From: Calcarisporiella thermophila CBS 279.70
Taxonomy: Eukaryota > Fungi > Calcarisporiellomycota
Reading direction: 5' to 3'
DNA: 64,000 nucleotides
Assembly: GCF_041956535.1 (NCBI RefSeq)
Contig: NW_027192191.1
Coordinates: forward strand, 1,065,443-1,129,442
Positions 51,344 to 64,000 of this stretch are shown here, piece after piece. Within the stretch, counting starts at the first letter, position 1; each line of letters begins with the position of its first letter. The notes below the pieces were generated by a model. That model was not told the origin of the DNA. It saw only the letters and a program-made list of their open reading frames with translations, and did no database searches. A program made the translations under genes and the position numbers.

Positions 51344-52922
51344 CTAATTCTTTCTAGTCAATACATTCTCAGCAAGCTGAACCAGTGCTGTGCGCGCATC
51401 TGACGGTGGAAGCTGCATCACAGCCTCGATGGCGCGATTGCAGTGCAAGGCCGCGAGCTTTCTTGTCTGCTCAATACCATTGCTTAGCATGACATATTCT
51501 CTTGCCTAAAATAGGTATTGAACAGCGTTAGTATAAGGAGAATCGGGAGTGCTGTTCTTTCATCAATCTTATGTTTATAATACCTTCTCAACATCCCCCT
51601 CTTTCTCGAAGTTTCGTTTGATCATAACCTCCAGCTCAGGGAACTCCTCCCACGCATACAAAACAGGTGCTGTCGCAATGCCGAGCTGCAAATCGGCATT
51701 CACCGGCTTTCCAAACTCATCGGCCGAACTAACAAAATCAAGCACATCATCCACCAACTAAAGAAAAAGAAAAGAGGGTTAGAGATACATCGCACACGAT
51801 CGAAACGGTACGTCGTATTGTCCTGACCTGAAAAGCAATCCCAACGTTTCTGCCATAGGTGTATGCAACCTCGGCGATCTCCTGTGTCGACCCCCCTAGA
51901 ACGGTGGCAGCGTGACAGCTCTTTGCAATCAAACTTGCTGTTTTCATGTAGTTCTTCTTCATATAGTGCTCAAATGTCGAATCTCCGCCCGCTTCACCAT
52001 CAGAACCAGTATTCTTCAACTGCATGAACTCCCCCTCCACCAAGTTTGCTATCACGGTTGCAAGCAACTCTGTCACTTCTGGATGCCGTAGCCGAGCAAG
52101 TGCTAAGGAGGCGCGCGCCAGGAGAAAATCACCCGCAAGAATGGCCATTTTGTTGCCAAACTTCATGTTGGCCGAGGCTATTTTACGCCGTGTCTCCGCA
52201 TTATCGATGACATCGTCATGAAGAAGCGACGCAGTGTGGATCATTTCTGTGATCTCGGCAAGCCGGCGTTGACTTGGGAGAATTGTACAGCCGTCGGGGC
52301 GAACGGACGGGGTGTACGAGTTTGCATCTGTTGAGATAGGCGTGCTCTGGTCGTTCTGTTGAGTTAGGATGGCTGAAATCGGGGTATCGATGATGCGAAA
52401 GTCCTCGGTTGGCGCCACTTGGTAGGCTTTGGGAGCAATGCTCGTAGCCTGTGACATGAGCAGAACAAGAAGAGGCCGGATCCTTTTCCCGTCGGCATTA
52501 AAATAATACTTGCTCAACGTATTAAGGACAGGGTGCCCGCTCCCTAGCAGTTTTATGACATTTGTCTTCAGATCCTCCATATCCTTGCCCACGATCTGTA
52601 GTGGATTCACTCGAGCAACCTCGCCTTCCGGATATAGTATCGATTCCGCATCGCGTACAGCCTGTGCCCACGAACGCGACTGCCCTGTATTTGTAAGGTT
52701 GCGCGTTGGAGGTTGGGTATTGGACTGGGAGAGGGCCGAAATGGGAAGCCAAGATTGTAGCCGCTGAGATGCACGTTCAAGTGCCTGCGTGATAAAGTGG
52801 GAGGACGATGTGGATATATTATGAGATTTCGAATGCTGCCATCGCCTAGTGCCAACAGTCCGTACGGTATTGTAAAGTGCGTGGTATCGTATAGACCTGG
52901 TTGAAGCGGCTAGTGTTGCCAT
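51344..52922 (-). CDS. COQ1: Mitochondrial trans-prenyl diphosphate synthase
   Basis: GKRIRP, EMIHTASLLHDDVID (FARM), KTASLIA, AFQ|LVDDVLDF (SARM), GKP..ADL.LGIATAPVLYA; mitochondrial presequence. Confidence 0.95.
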
Positions 52923-53481
52923 GCGTTACGCAGTGTGCTTTCAAAATGTTTAATAATAGAACGGGCGAAATATGTACAATTACAATGGTGGATACTGGTA
53001 TTTCCCTTGCCAATGCTGTCAAATTAAAGAAGAGAATCCCCTTCTAAAATTCTATTTAATAATTGTTTTACTTCGAGTTTGCCAGGGACATTATCGTCGA
53101 TAAAAAAATAAAAAATCTGCGCCACAAATTCACATTAGATAATCCCGATGGTATTTATCCAGAACTCCTTTCCGACAGAATATAAGGTAGTTTAATGATA
53201 GGAAAAGGTGGAGTAGGAAAAAACAAAGGAAAGAAAATGCTCAAAATACCAGGAGAAAGAAATTGTTTTATATCGCAGAGGAAGCCATTATTCGGGCGTA
53301 AACAAAAGAGAGATATGCGTAAAAGAAACTTGAGAAAGAGAAAAGTATGGGAAATCGAGAAGTTTATACCTATATCTTTTCTAAATAATAGAACACGCGC
53401 AAGAACTGTAATATTGCTACACATCTAGCAGAGTGCCGGCAACTCAAGGGGACATCGCAGCCCGCCACAAAGCCGTCTGCA

Positions 53482-54470
53482 CTATGTCGTACTTCCAATG
53501 TCCTCCTTGGATTCTAGATGAAGCTCGCCCGTCGAAAAATCGCGGATTTTCGGGTACATCACCTTGCGCTCATCCAGCTGAGCCTCACACCAGTGTAACA
53601 TCTTGATCATGTTAGGTAGCTTTGGCTCTTTCTCCTGACTCTGCGCAACAAGTATCGCCGCGTTCAACTCACTGGCTGTGCGTTGGCGGTGCGCAGCACC
53701 AAGGAGATTAGAAACCGGGGAGGATGAGTTATTATCGAAGATCAGCAGAGCCATAGTTCGTTCTAATTCTTCAAGGAACTCAGGCTACAGGGTTGAAAGT
53801 TTTCATCCAATTTAGCAACATTGATAATGGGATATAAACTCAAGAAAAATAACCCACATTCTCTTCCCCTCGTGGAGCAAGTTCTTCTTGCGCAAACTCC
53901 AGAGCCTCTGTAATCTGTCCTTTTCGAATTTTCTCAATCAATAGCTGCTGCTTCAGATGGAAATAGAGCTTTGGATTGGTATCCAGAATCTAAAAGATAA
54001 CAGCAATTAGCATGCGATGATATGCAGCAGACAGACTCTAGCTGGATATCAAACCTCAGGATCTAGATCATTGACCTTCTCGATGGCCTCCTCAATGTTG
54101 CCAGAATATACTGCATTGCGGATTTCTGTACGCTCTTGCACTGATCGGAGATCAATCTGTGGTTCTAGCCCGCTTTCAGCAGAGAATTTCTCGGCTGCAT
54201 CTTTGTATCCTTCTATTAACAGATAGTTCATGACCAGGCGATCGAGGTCCCTGCATCAGAAACAAAGCGATTAATTATGGAGAGTTAAAGGCGAAATCAA
54301 GGCGAGGGATAACGTACTGCTTATTCAATTCGATCTCACCCAATTTTTTCTCCCACTCCTCTAATGAGTAGATCTTCTTTGTTTGATTGGTAGCGGTGGT
54401 CTGCCAGTAGACGCAATAGGCTTCGTCAATCATAATAATTATTTATAATTTTCACCACAAGGCTTACCAT
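53482..54470 (-). CDS. GID8: GID/CTLH complex subunit Gid8/TWA1
   Basis: LisH ([21 protein letters not shown]), CTLH ([20 protein letters not shown]), CRA ([28 protein letters not shown]); first coding exon is ATG only. Confidence 0.93.
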
Positions 54471-54750
54471 TTCTATTGCATCAAGATTAGAATCTTTCCT
54501 AGGGGGGGAAAGGAAGAGGTAGTAGGCCAAAGGTGGGGGGATCACGCGTATGATAAAAAATCAAGAAAAAGCCACATGAACAGTTGTATTTCTGAAATAG
54601 CAAAAGGGAAAAATTCCGCAGTGGAAAGAGCAAGAAAAAAGTGTCCAAATACAAAAATCGATAGAAAAGTTTAAAAACAAGTTCAAAAGATTATATATAT
54701 ATAATTACAAATATTTCAGAGTTTCTGCACGTAAAGTGTATATAAAGGAT

Positions 54751-56918
54751 TTAAATCAGAAGATAGTCCGCGGCCCACTCAATTAGGGTCAACAGCGCGG
54801 CTCTCATCTTCTCGGCTAACATATGGATGATGATTAGTATTATTGCTTCGAATCCACCCCGGCAAATCCTCCCGCTTACCTCTTATCTGACTTCCTGTCC
54901 TTGGCCCTATCGCTAGGTCGATTTCCGCACCCCGGGCCTCAGGGTGCTCTCTAAGGTATTCATTACGCGCCCTCTCGGCCGCCTCGGCAACCAGCTTGCT
55001 CTCGTCCTCTACCTTGTAGAGATCACACTTGGAACACTTGTTGCACTTCTGGCCAGGAATTGGCCGGAAATGGTCGCAGAAATGCCCTATACCATTTTAC
55101 GTGTTATTCAAGGAATGCAATGAAAATAGTGCGATTCGATAGCTACCATAGCCTTCTTGTCGTATGTTCTTCCGACAAATATAGCACATTATATAGCCTA
55201 TATATGAAATACAAGATGAGTGGACCACTGCGACTAAAACACAACCCTGTCTTCTACGGGCACATACCACACCGGCACACCATCTTGTTGCAACCATCTG
55301 ACTTCTGAAATGACACGTGACACTTGGGGCACGTTCGCTTCACTGCATCGGCCATGGCCCGCTCCACATACAACCGCAAACCATCCTGCTCCTTCTCATA
55401 GCATTTGTGTAGGGGCCGGCACTCTGCCCCACACTTTAAGCACGTCAACTTTCCACAATCCGGATTCCGACAAGTAAACACGTAGCCCCGTCGCTTTTGC
55501 CTTACCCGGTTTATTGCCCGGCGAAATTCTTCCCGCCAGTTCCATTCCATGCCAAAAATCGAGACAAACACCAAGAAGAGCACGGTTTGAATGAGCAACA
55601 ATCCGCTCACCATGATGATCCAAAACGCAATAAATCCAGTCACCGCGAGCAGCAGCGCGCGGCCCAGGCGGAGTGACTGCAAGGGATCGAAGTTATCGTC
55701 CGCCTCGCAGTATATGCAAAAGGCGCATTGCACAATCGCTAGCCCAGAGTGCTTCATCTCCTCTTCCACGAGGGAGTTAGTGTAGGCCTTGAACATATCC
55801 GGGAGGAGGACCTTCTCTAGTTCGCTCATAGGAATGCACGCCTCGCACCCATCGCCCTCCACGCACTTCACCGGACGCCCACGCAGGGTGCCCTGCCCAA
55901 AAATGCCCTCCGACACAAGGTTTCGAATGCAACCGACGCAGAAGAGATGCCCCTCCGCGCAGAAGGTCATATCTTCAAACGGAAAGTCCCCGAAACAGCA
56001 TCTACATTCAATGAGCTGTGAGTGTGCCTGATATTCGTCCAGGTTGAGCTGCCGTGCAAACTCGAGGTCCGCAGCGGCTAAACGGGTGCGCTCCTGCTCG
56101 CGAAGAATATCAACCTGCATCAATAGCTCGGGCGTCCACATCTCGCACACTTCCTGGTGCTTGCGCCGCATGAAGTTGAGAAAAGGAGACCACCAATAAT
56201 TATGCGAGAGTTCAGAGAGTTTGGCATGGCTTCTGAGATAATCAAAATTGTTTTCCGCCATGACGGCTCTAATCGTCGATTTCCAAGTCTGAAGTCCATG
56301 AGAGCATAGGAGGAGAAGATCAGTCAGTGTCTATAAATTAAAAAGTAGAATCCGTCTCACATTGGGGAAGTCATTATACAAACGGTGCCGTGCCCCTTTT
56401 TCATATTCTGGGCTTCTGAAATATTCCCATTCCTCAATAACGCCGGTTCTCAACCTTGTGGGAAGTCTTCTTTGCTTTTCTAATAAGATTTCGACGGTTT
56501 GGTGGAGGTGACTATGCGGGAATAGACTCACGAGCTCTCGTAAATAAGTGATGTCACAATCGGGGAATAGCTCTGTTGCAAGGCGTTCTAAGTGTGAATT
56601 AAGCGCCATGGTTGGGGTTGCATTGGCTGGAATGCGTGGGTACTCGCCGTAATTAAGATTACAGATCTTCTCTGCAACTCGCGAGACATGATTATCATTA
56701 TAAAATCCAATACAGTGTTCGAGGTATCTAGGATCTGTATTAATTCGAACAAGGTTAGATGAATTTTAGTATTTCCCAGGTTGTAACCAAACCAGGAATT
56801 TATATGGCTGGAACATGACACATCAAAACTTACCACAATCAGGAAAAAGAGTCAGCAATTCCTTCACTAGATGATTCTGCGATTTGGACATTGATGAATT
56901 CTCTAGTAGCCGCATCAT
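54751..56918 (-). CDS. RBR E3 ubiquitin ligase, RNF216/TRIAD3-like
   Basis: Two N-terminal LFPDCD repeats, RING1 CRCC...C..GHLFC..C, IBR, RING2 CPKC..SFQKSDGCNKMVCRCG..MCYICR, HFCDHF...CDLY. Start and last exon are uncertain. Confidence 0.88.
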
Positions 56919-57095
56919 GTTGCTCGCAATTCAAAGTCCTGTAAAACTAATCAAGTTTAAAACCCCACTTATTCAAATGTCTTAACCCTCCAGGTTAGGT
57001 TACGGCAAGAGAAAATTTGGGCCATTTCATTCAAACATTCTTGACGGAAATAGCATTGAAAGTAGTAGAAGGGGTGTATATTTATATAATCAGAT

Positions 57096-58919
57096 CTACA
57101 GTTCACACAGCGCTAATACATGCCTTATCCCAAGAGCCACATCATGCACGCATACCTCCTTTTCCTCTTGAAACCTCACAAGTCTTGGCACAAAAGCATG
57201 GTCTGTTCCCCCATGTCCTAATCGACCACTCCAGCCGCCCAAACCCCAGGTGAACAGCTGCCCTGCTTCTGTATTATATATTGGATACAATTTGTGAGTG
57301 AACACTGTCACCAGATAATACAACTCGAACAGAATGCTAACCTGTAATAGCTGCAGCGTAATCGGTAGTGGCGTATATTTTCACCACCCTGTCCTCAATA
57401 CCCTTGACCAAGGTTGGCTTCAGCGTTTCTATCACTTCATCGCCCAGCCCCAGTGCTCCATACCCGCATGTGTAAATCCTTCCTTCATCTAATGGATATT
57501 CGCAAACAATTTAGCTTATAATTGAGAAAGTGGTATGTGCCCCAGTAAATATTACCGGTTAAAACCAGTGAGAAAGGACCGCCTGCTGCTACATCCAATA
57601 TATTTTTTTCAAAATGAACTTTAACTGGCTCTAATATCTATGATTTCGCGGGTTAGCCGGTATCTGCTACTACTCTTTAATGCATGGTTATCCTACTCTA
57701 TCTATTTTGCGTCCTAGCATGCATTGCCCATACTCAGAGTTTCCCCATGTCCACAGACTACCATCCTCTATTCAGTAATTATGCGTTTAATCGAAAGTTC
57801 ATTAGAAAAGACAAAAGTGCCTCCACTATCATACCCATTAGACAAAAAGTAAAGTCTGTGGAAGATGTGAGCTTACGTACAGGTCTCCCATTCATGCCAT
57901 ACACCGGAGTCGGTGTATTTTTATCAGAAGTCGAGCCTGGACCCGTTCCTACCTGACCATCAGCGCCCCATCCCATTGCATATACGCAGTGATCATCTAA
58001 TGAGTCAATAAAATATCAATCAACTTGAGTTGACCCCGAAAAATTATAAATCGAATACCGGTCAGTAGAACGGAATGGTCCAACCCACATGCCACGGCAA
58101 CAACTTGCTTCCCACCGTCAACGGTGATAGGTGTACTGCTTTCACTGGCGACAGAGGTATCAGCTCCCTCAGGCAGATCGTACTTACTTCTTGAGCTTCC
58201 CAGTTGACCGTACATTTCACTACCAAAGCCAAACAGCTTCGTTTCTCCTAGTGTAGAGGTTACGCTCCAAACTTGTAATGCAAATGGTAATCAGGCTTAA
58301 GTGTAAACTAACCATTCTCCATCTTCGAGAGCACTAGAGAATGCTCTCTACCACAGGCCATATCCAGCACTCGAGCGTTCATCGGCAGGTTTTTTACAAA
58401 GCCCTCAGTTGGCCCTTGTTTTGATATATCCCCAATTCCTTTTGAGTAAGTAGAACTGATGAGTAATTAGTCTGACCATTCGGACATCGAATCGCATACC
58501 TAGTTGCCCCGAATTATTCAAACCACAACCATACACCACCGACTTTCCTTTGACTGACATGGCAATCAGAGAATGAGCCCAACCTGACGCAATGCGATGG
58601 AGCTTTTATATAAAAATTAACTTGGTAAGTTGCTAGGTATAGGAATCTAGTTTGTCTAGCAAGAATACGAAAAGGACTAGTCGCATAGAGAACATCAATG
58701 TCAAGACTCCCTTACCCGATGCGACCCTTCCTGCTCAAGCCCAGGAACTCTCAATTGTTTGGGTGTCCATATTACACCCTGACGCGCATTATGGCTTTGT
58801 ACGGAGGGCAACCCGGTTATATCGCCCCAACCAAATAATTGCAACCGCTTGTTATACGCACCAGAAGTCGCAGAGCTGAAATGGCGGCAACTCAATAACC
58901 GGTATTGCATAGCTCTCAT
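57096..58919 (-). CDS. RCC1-repeat protein, probably mitochondrial (RCC1L/WBSCR16-like)
   Basis: Repeated ASGWAHSL, ACGREHSL, ACGLDHSV, GWGADGQVG, WGLGG.SGRLG; Arg-rich presequence-like N-terminus. Confidence 0.85.
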
Positions 58920-59090
58920 TCTTTGCCAAGGTAGCTCTAAAACCGTATTTATTGATTTAAGCAACCGGAGTTTCCATTCTATCGGTGGCAGTCACTCTAC
59001 ACGCCACCCCGCGTTTTTCGACTCTTAACCGTCAGAGCAGTGTCACTCTTAAGAGCCAGCCCATTTTCTTGTGAAACTTATCACCTCATA

Positions 59091-61327
59091 ATGGCTCCCA
59101 GTTCCAGAGACAACGAGGGCACACCAACTAATCGTGATATGCAAGAACAAGCCGATGATCAAAACATCCAAGTAGAAAGCGAGTTCACAGAGGACGAATC
59201 TGATCCCGACTATATTGTATGTTTGTCATTAACAGAGCAGCTAGACCCCCTTTAGCAGCTATTGACTCTGTGAACCAACAATTAGGATGATGAACAGCAG
59301 AGTGAATCGGATGAAATGGACGAGGACGAGGATGAAGAAGCCGAGGAAGAAGCAAGTGACGAAGACGAAGGAAGTGCGTATCCTTAATTGATCCCTTTGC
59401 TGACTAATGTTTCCCATTTTAATTTTTGTTCCACCCGTTTAAAGACAGATATGGCCATCTTTCCGCCGCCATGGCCTATTTGCTAAATCACCTCGTGAAC
59501 TACTCGCGCCCTGAGGTCCAGGAAGCCATTCTTAGTGAAATAGACAATAGCGATAGCAGGTTTTCCTCTCATGGCAGTGGCAATAGAAGTGAATCTTCAC
59601 CCCAGGATTCAACAGCCAAGGGACGTGAGCTTATGAATTCAGGAGAATTTGGGATGCACAAATCGCATTCATTTCACGAAATTGGGAGTAAGCGGAATCA
59701 TGTGGTGGGGAAACTGGCCATGAGAGAGCTGACGCATAGGAAATTCATGGCTAACTCCGTGGCACAGGTTCGTCTTATCTTCGCAATGCATTGGCCGCAT
59801 CACAAGAAACCAGAAATCTTTACACATGTACCTTGATAGAGTTATGTGCCAAACTCGGATGGTAAAATCGTGGTACAATACCCCGCAAGAGTGTATTCCG
59901 GGCAGTTTTCGGAGGATGGGTAACTGCTCATCATAATTTTTTTTTTCGCAGTGGGACCCTTTCATATACTGACCCCATCCTACATCTCCAAGGACATTAT
60001 ACCACACGTGCTGCCAGGATCTTAAAGTTCATATCTATGATGCACATAACCCGTGGGATATGAAGAAAATCAAAACAATACCTGCCGGTATAGGGCGATG
60101 GACCATCACTGGTATGTTTGTTGTTTCTTTTCGGTTCTGTGCCGGCATTAATGTTCACGCATCACGGACCTTAGATTCCGCGTTATCGCCAAGTAATCGC
60201 TGGATGGCCTATTCATCCCTCATGCCCATCGTTCACTTAGTGACCACCGACCCGAACGACGACACCCACTATCGGCTCGATTTTTCCGACATCGACTTTA
60301 GCAATTTCAGCGTGTGGAGCCTCCGCTTTTCAAGTGACGGGCGAGAAATCATTGCTGGGACGAGTGTCAGCGAGGACGACAACCCGTGCACATTCAGTGA
60401 GTCACCCAAGTGGTTTAACGATAATGAGTGAGTAAAACAACTCAATTTTTCGTTGCCTTCCTCTAGTTTACGACCTTGAAGCACAGAAGGTTGTGCTGCG
60501 AGCAAACGGCCACGAGGATGATGTGAACGCGGTGTGCTTCGCGGATCCCTCCTCGAATGTGTTGTTGAGTGGGAGCGACGACACGATCATTCGAGTGTGG
60601 GATCGTCGGTCAATGGCGAACGGTGCCTCAGGATATCTGGTGGGCCACACGGAGGGGATCACCTATGTTTCATCGAAAGGAGATGGGCGGTACTGCTTGT
60701 CGAACGGTAAAGATCAATCCATGAAACTGTGGGATTTGAGGTAAGCTATCCATTTACTCTGCCACCCAAACGCAACCCTCATGCATATCTCGTTTTCCGT
60801 ACCAAAGAATGCTGCTCTCTTCTAACCAGTTCCGCGAGCTCCCTCGTGTCGACTATCGAATCGATTTCGATTACCGCATACATGATTACCCTGCTCGCCG
60901 CGCCATGCGCCATAGCCACGATGTTTCGGTCATGACCTATCGCGGGCATAGTGTCCTCGAAACGCTCATCCGTTGCCATTTCTCCCCCGTTCACACAACC
61001 GGACAGCGCTACCTCTACACCGGGTCGGCAGACGGGTGCGTCAACATTTTCCACATCGATGGCCGCCTCATCCGCGTCCTAGATGTTCAAAAGGCGCTTG
61101 AGCGGCAATTGCCCCATGATGCGCAAAGAAGAAGGCATTACTATCATAGCTACGCATACAACTCGCATCTTCCCACCGTGAGGGATGCCAGCTGGCACCC
61201 GTATCTGCCCGTGCTGATGTCAGCGGCCTGGTCCAGTGTTGGTCCGAATGAGGGGCTTGTGTTACGACATGAGCATATGTTGGATGAGGAGGAGGAGGAG
61301 GAGGAGGAAGAGCAGCAGCAAGCATAG
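59091..61327 (+). CDS. DCAF11: DCAF11/WDR23 WD40 substrate receptor (CUL4-DDB1)
   Basis: Acidic N-terminus, YSGQFS.DG, GRWTIT, HEDDVNAVCF, VWDRRS (WDxR), GHTEGITYV..KGDGRY..SNGKDQ, TYRGHSVLETLIRCHFSP, VRDASWHP. Confidence 0.92.
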
Positions 61328-62384
61328 ACCTCGGCTCTGTAATATTTTTGGTACTTAAAATCGCTCCTTCTTGGCACTGCTGCTTGTATTCTAGCATTTG
61401 GTGTTTGTTTGTAGTTTAACTCTGTCCCTAATGCCGAGTCGGCTTGAAATGTGAGGTATACACGACTCGGCATCTGGGTCTGGTCCATGCTTCTATATCT
61501 GTGTTTGAAATGGCCAGCCAAAATGTTCCCATGACGTTAGACCTGAGATCGAACGAGATATGAAAAAACGACCCCTTGTAACCTTCAGATGTCTGAAACT
61601 CGACAGAGAAGAGAAATATTGATATCTCCATCCAGCTCAAAAATTAAAAACAAGAGAACCCCATGAAAACCCGCCTTATCTTACCTTATATTTTTGCTGG
61701 GCTTGCAGCTCTATTCCGTCCGCCTGCAGAAAAGGCCCGGTGCGTGGATATTTTACCAGCCAATATTAAAAAGAAAAGACGCAGCTCCCATCGAATCCGT
61801 AGTCACTGGCCCATAGCGCCTGTGAAAGCGGGCCTATCCGGTCCCCAGCCGGGAGGCAGCATGAGAGATTGCAGCACGCGCAATAGAAACTCGGGGGGTG
61901 ACGAATTTTGCGTGGCCACTTCATCGCAAAAAAATGGCCGGATATCGGTGTCGGATCAGGTTAAATTGCCAGGTGGAATAGCCGAGGCCTCTAAGCATTG
62001 ACTTTAATGGAAGATCGAGCGGCTTAAAGAGGTATTGAACTGGTTTCATAGGCGAGACTCGGCCGAGGGCGTTTGAAAAACGGAGGAGAAAACTCCCATC
62101 GTCTTGCGCGTGCAAACGATTGCGGTGAAGATGCCTGTTATCAGGCCTCGGCCACACGCAGTGGAGGGGAGAAGGGATGATCCCGTCAAAACTATAACAA
62201 ACAGCCAACCCCCGAAAAAGAGGATCTTCCTAGTTTCTTGCAAAGTGCTTCTTTTTTGATAGGAGAGGGTCGAAGGCTCGAGGGCCCGAGCAATTATTTG
62301 TCTGAGTTTCAATCGATGAGTTCATTAATAGAACCCTGGCAGGGCTAGCTTTCAACCTCCCTCTTCCCCACCATAGCCTGTTCC

Positions 62385-63280
62385 ATGCTCTCCATCATGA
62401 ATCAGGGTGCTCTTCAACCGCGACCAATGGCTGCCGCTTTGAGTCGCTGCGGCTACGACTGCTCCTACACAGACTCCTCCAGTTGCACGTCAAGAGCCTC
62501 TACGCCCGTACCGGGTGAGGAGGAGCCGCCCGCGAACCACAGGGGGGGTAGGCGGTTAAAGGCGGCAAGGAAGCAAGTCGCATACGTGGTGAATGGGGTC
62601 AACATTCTGAACAGGTACTTTCCCCCTTTTTACTGCATATTGTATTTGGAGATGACCAAAATGGGATTAACTGTGCGAGTAGAAATGAAATCGACTCCAA
62701 GACCACCATGGAGCGCATCATACGGCGACGCGAATGCCATAATAATGTCGAACGGCGGAGAAGAGACAACATCAATCAGCTTATCACCGAGATTGGCGAG
62801 CTGATTCCCGCGCCGAACCAAGATAAGCGCAACAAGGGGGCAATACTTGGGCTGGCTGTCGAGTATATTCGCGTAAGCCAACGAGTCCTTTTATCGCATG
62901 GGCCGCTGGCAAGACCACGGTGTTCTAACCAAGCACTTTACCCTTCACACTCACAATAGGAACTGCAGCAGATAAACCAGGCCCTCCTTACCACCTACAA
63001 ACAACAGCAGCGCCAGCGCAAGCAATCGCTGGCCCCTTATACTGCCCCACGAACTTCCGCCACCCTCTCGCCCGCGCTCGTTTTCGAACAGTCCAAACTC
63101 GCCCCCATCCCCGAACTCGGCCCACCCCATTCTATACATCAAGATATCAGGAGAGAGCATTACTCCATGTGTGGCCCCGCCCACAGCCAGATAGCCTCTG
63201 CCCTCCATCCCCTTACCGCAGAGTCAGGGTCGCTTTTTCCTCAATCCCTTGCCAAGGATACACCGCCTGAGCTACTCTGA
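62385..63280 (+). CDS. bHLH transcription factor (E-box binding type)
   Basis: Exons 62385-62614, about 62683-62872, 62960-63280. RRRECHNNVERRRRDNIN..I..IGELIP...NKGAILGLAVEYIRELQ. Confidence 0.9.
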
Positions 63281-63732
63281 ATAGACAGTCCTATAGAAAC
63301 CTTATCCACTCCCGAAATCACCTGGCCCCAAAAGCGTGTATATACATGCATATATATATGTATACATCAAAAATGACATCTCCGGCCAATTCATCCTCAC
63401 CGCATGCTAGACATTTTCTCGCCCTCCTTGATTTCTCCCCTCACCATCCAAAAAAAAAGGCATTTTCTTTTCCCTATCCCTTTTTTTTTAAAAAAAAAAT
63501 ACGTAGCATTGCATTATAAGTAAAGGTGGTTTATATAATAAAAAAAACACTAAAGAAAAAAAAAAAAGAAAAACAACAAAGAATTAGATTTACTTTTACA
63601 AGTTGAATGAATAGTATTTTTTAATAAAAAAGAAGAGCCCAAAAAAATGGCATAGTAAATTCTACAAGAAAAATAAACAAGCAAGGGGGTCGTAGGAAAT
63701 AAACAATCAGGATTGGGTAGGGGCATGTCGAG

Positions 63733-64000
63733 CTATATATCCATGGACAGGATCTTCTTTGCCGGTCTGGATGGGTCGTCGGTTGCCTTTCGCCTTTCGC
63801 CCTTGGTGGGGGATATCGGGGATACGAGGGCTGGCACGTTTGCAATCGTTGGTACTGCCGTCGTGGATGGCAGAGGCTGCGCATAGAGTCCCGTCAAAGT
63901 CGCCAATGAATCGCCTCCGTCGGAAATAGGTCTCGGAACGATCAGAGCTCTCCCGCCCGCATCACCCATGGCGTACATTCGAAGTTGCGACGAGGGGGGA
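63733..64000 (-). CDS. 3' end of an unknown gene entering from beyond the window
   Basis: GC-rich frame open from the window edge to TAG at 63733 (…SPISPTKGERRKATDDPSRPAKKILSMDI*), followed by an AT-rich 3' UTR. Confidence 0.6.
   Translation of the reverse strand, partial: PPSSQLRMYAMGDAGGRALIVPRPISDGGDSLATLTGLYAQPLPSTTAVPTIANVPALVSPISPTKGERRKATDDPSRPAKKILSMDI

Noticed and set aside
53482-61327. Ubiquitin-ligase cluster (GID8, RBR, DCAF11)
   Set aside because: Different complexes and an abundant gene class; chance adjacency is likely.
62385-63280. bHLH as a Cbf1-like regulator of the CBS genes
   Set aside because: No exact TCACGTG seen in the CBS promoters and subfamily cannot be assigned by eye.

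Overview
Gene-dense, intron-rich eukaryotic DNA. Short GT-AG introns with CTAAC/CTGAC-type branch points and the gene repertoire suggest an early-diverging fungus (Mucoromycota-like; this is inference). I spliced about 25 protein-coding genes by hand: a partial His/Pro-rich protein, TSR2, two tandem cystathionine beta-synthase (CBS) paralogs, an E2, an unknown protein, mitochondrial TyrRS, a forkhead TF, a two-finger GATA TF invisible in the ORF track, STE14, SER1, a large UNC-80-like protein, SQS1-like R3H/G-patch, MRE11, ESS2, VPS8, a SAM methyltransferase, an OSBP-family protein, COQ1, GID8, an RNF216-like RBR ligase, an RCC1-like protein, DCAF11/WDR23, a bHLH TF and a partial gene. No tRNA, rRNA, transposon or CRISPR was recognised. 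Most notable: (1) the CBS pair, where one copy has an animal-like Cys/His N-terminal arm that may bind heme and the other has lost that Cys, has remodelled active-site and regulatory motifs, yet shares a gene-conversion tract; (2) a fungal UNC-80 homolog hinting at an NALCN-channelosome-like Cch1 complex; (3) a one-base frameshift at a C7 run in the forkhead gene; (4) a transmembrane insertion inside the IBR domain of the RBR ligase. Exon boundaries are manual, and comparisons to known proteins are from memory, not database searches.
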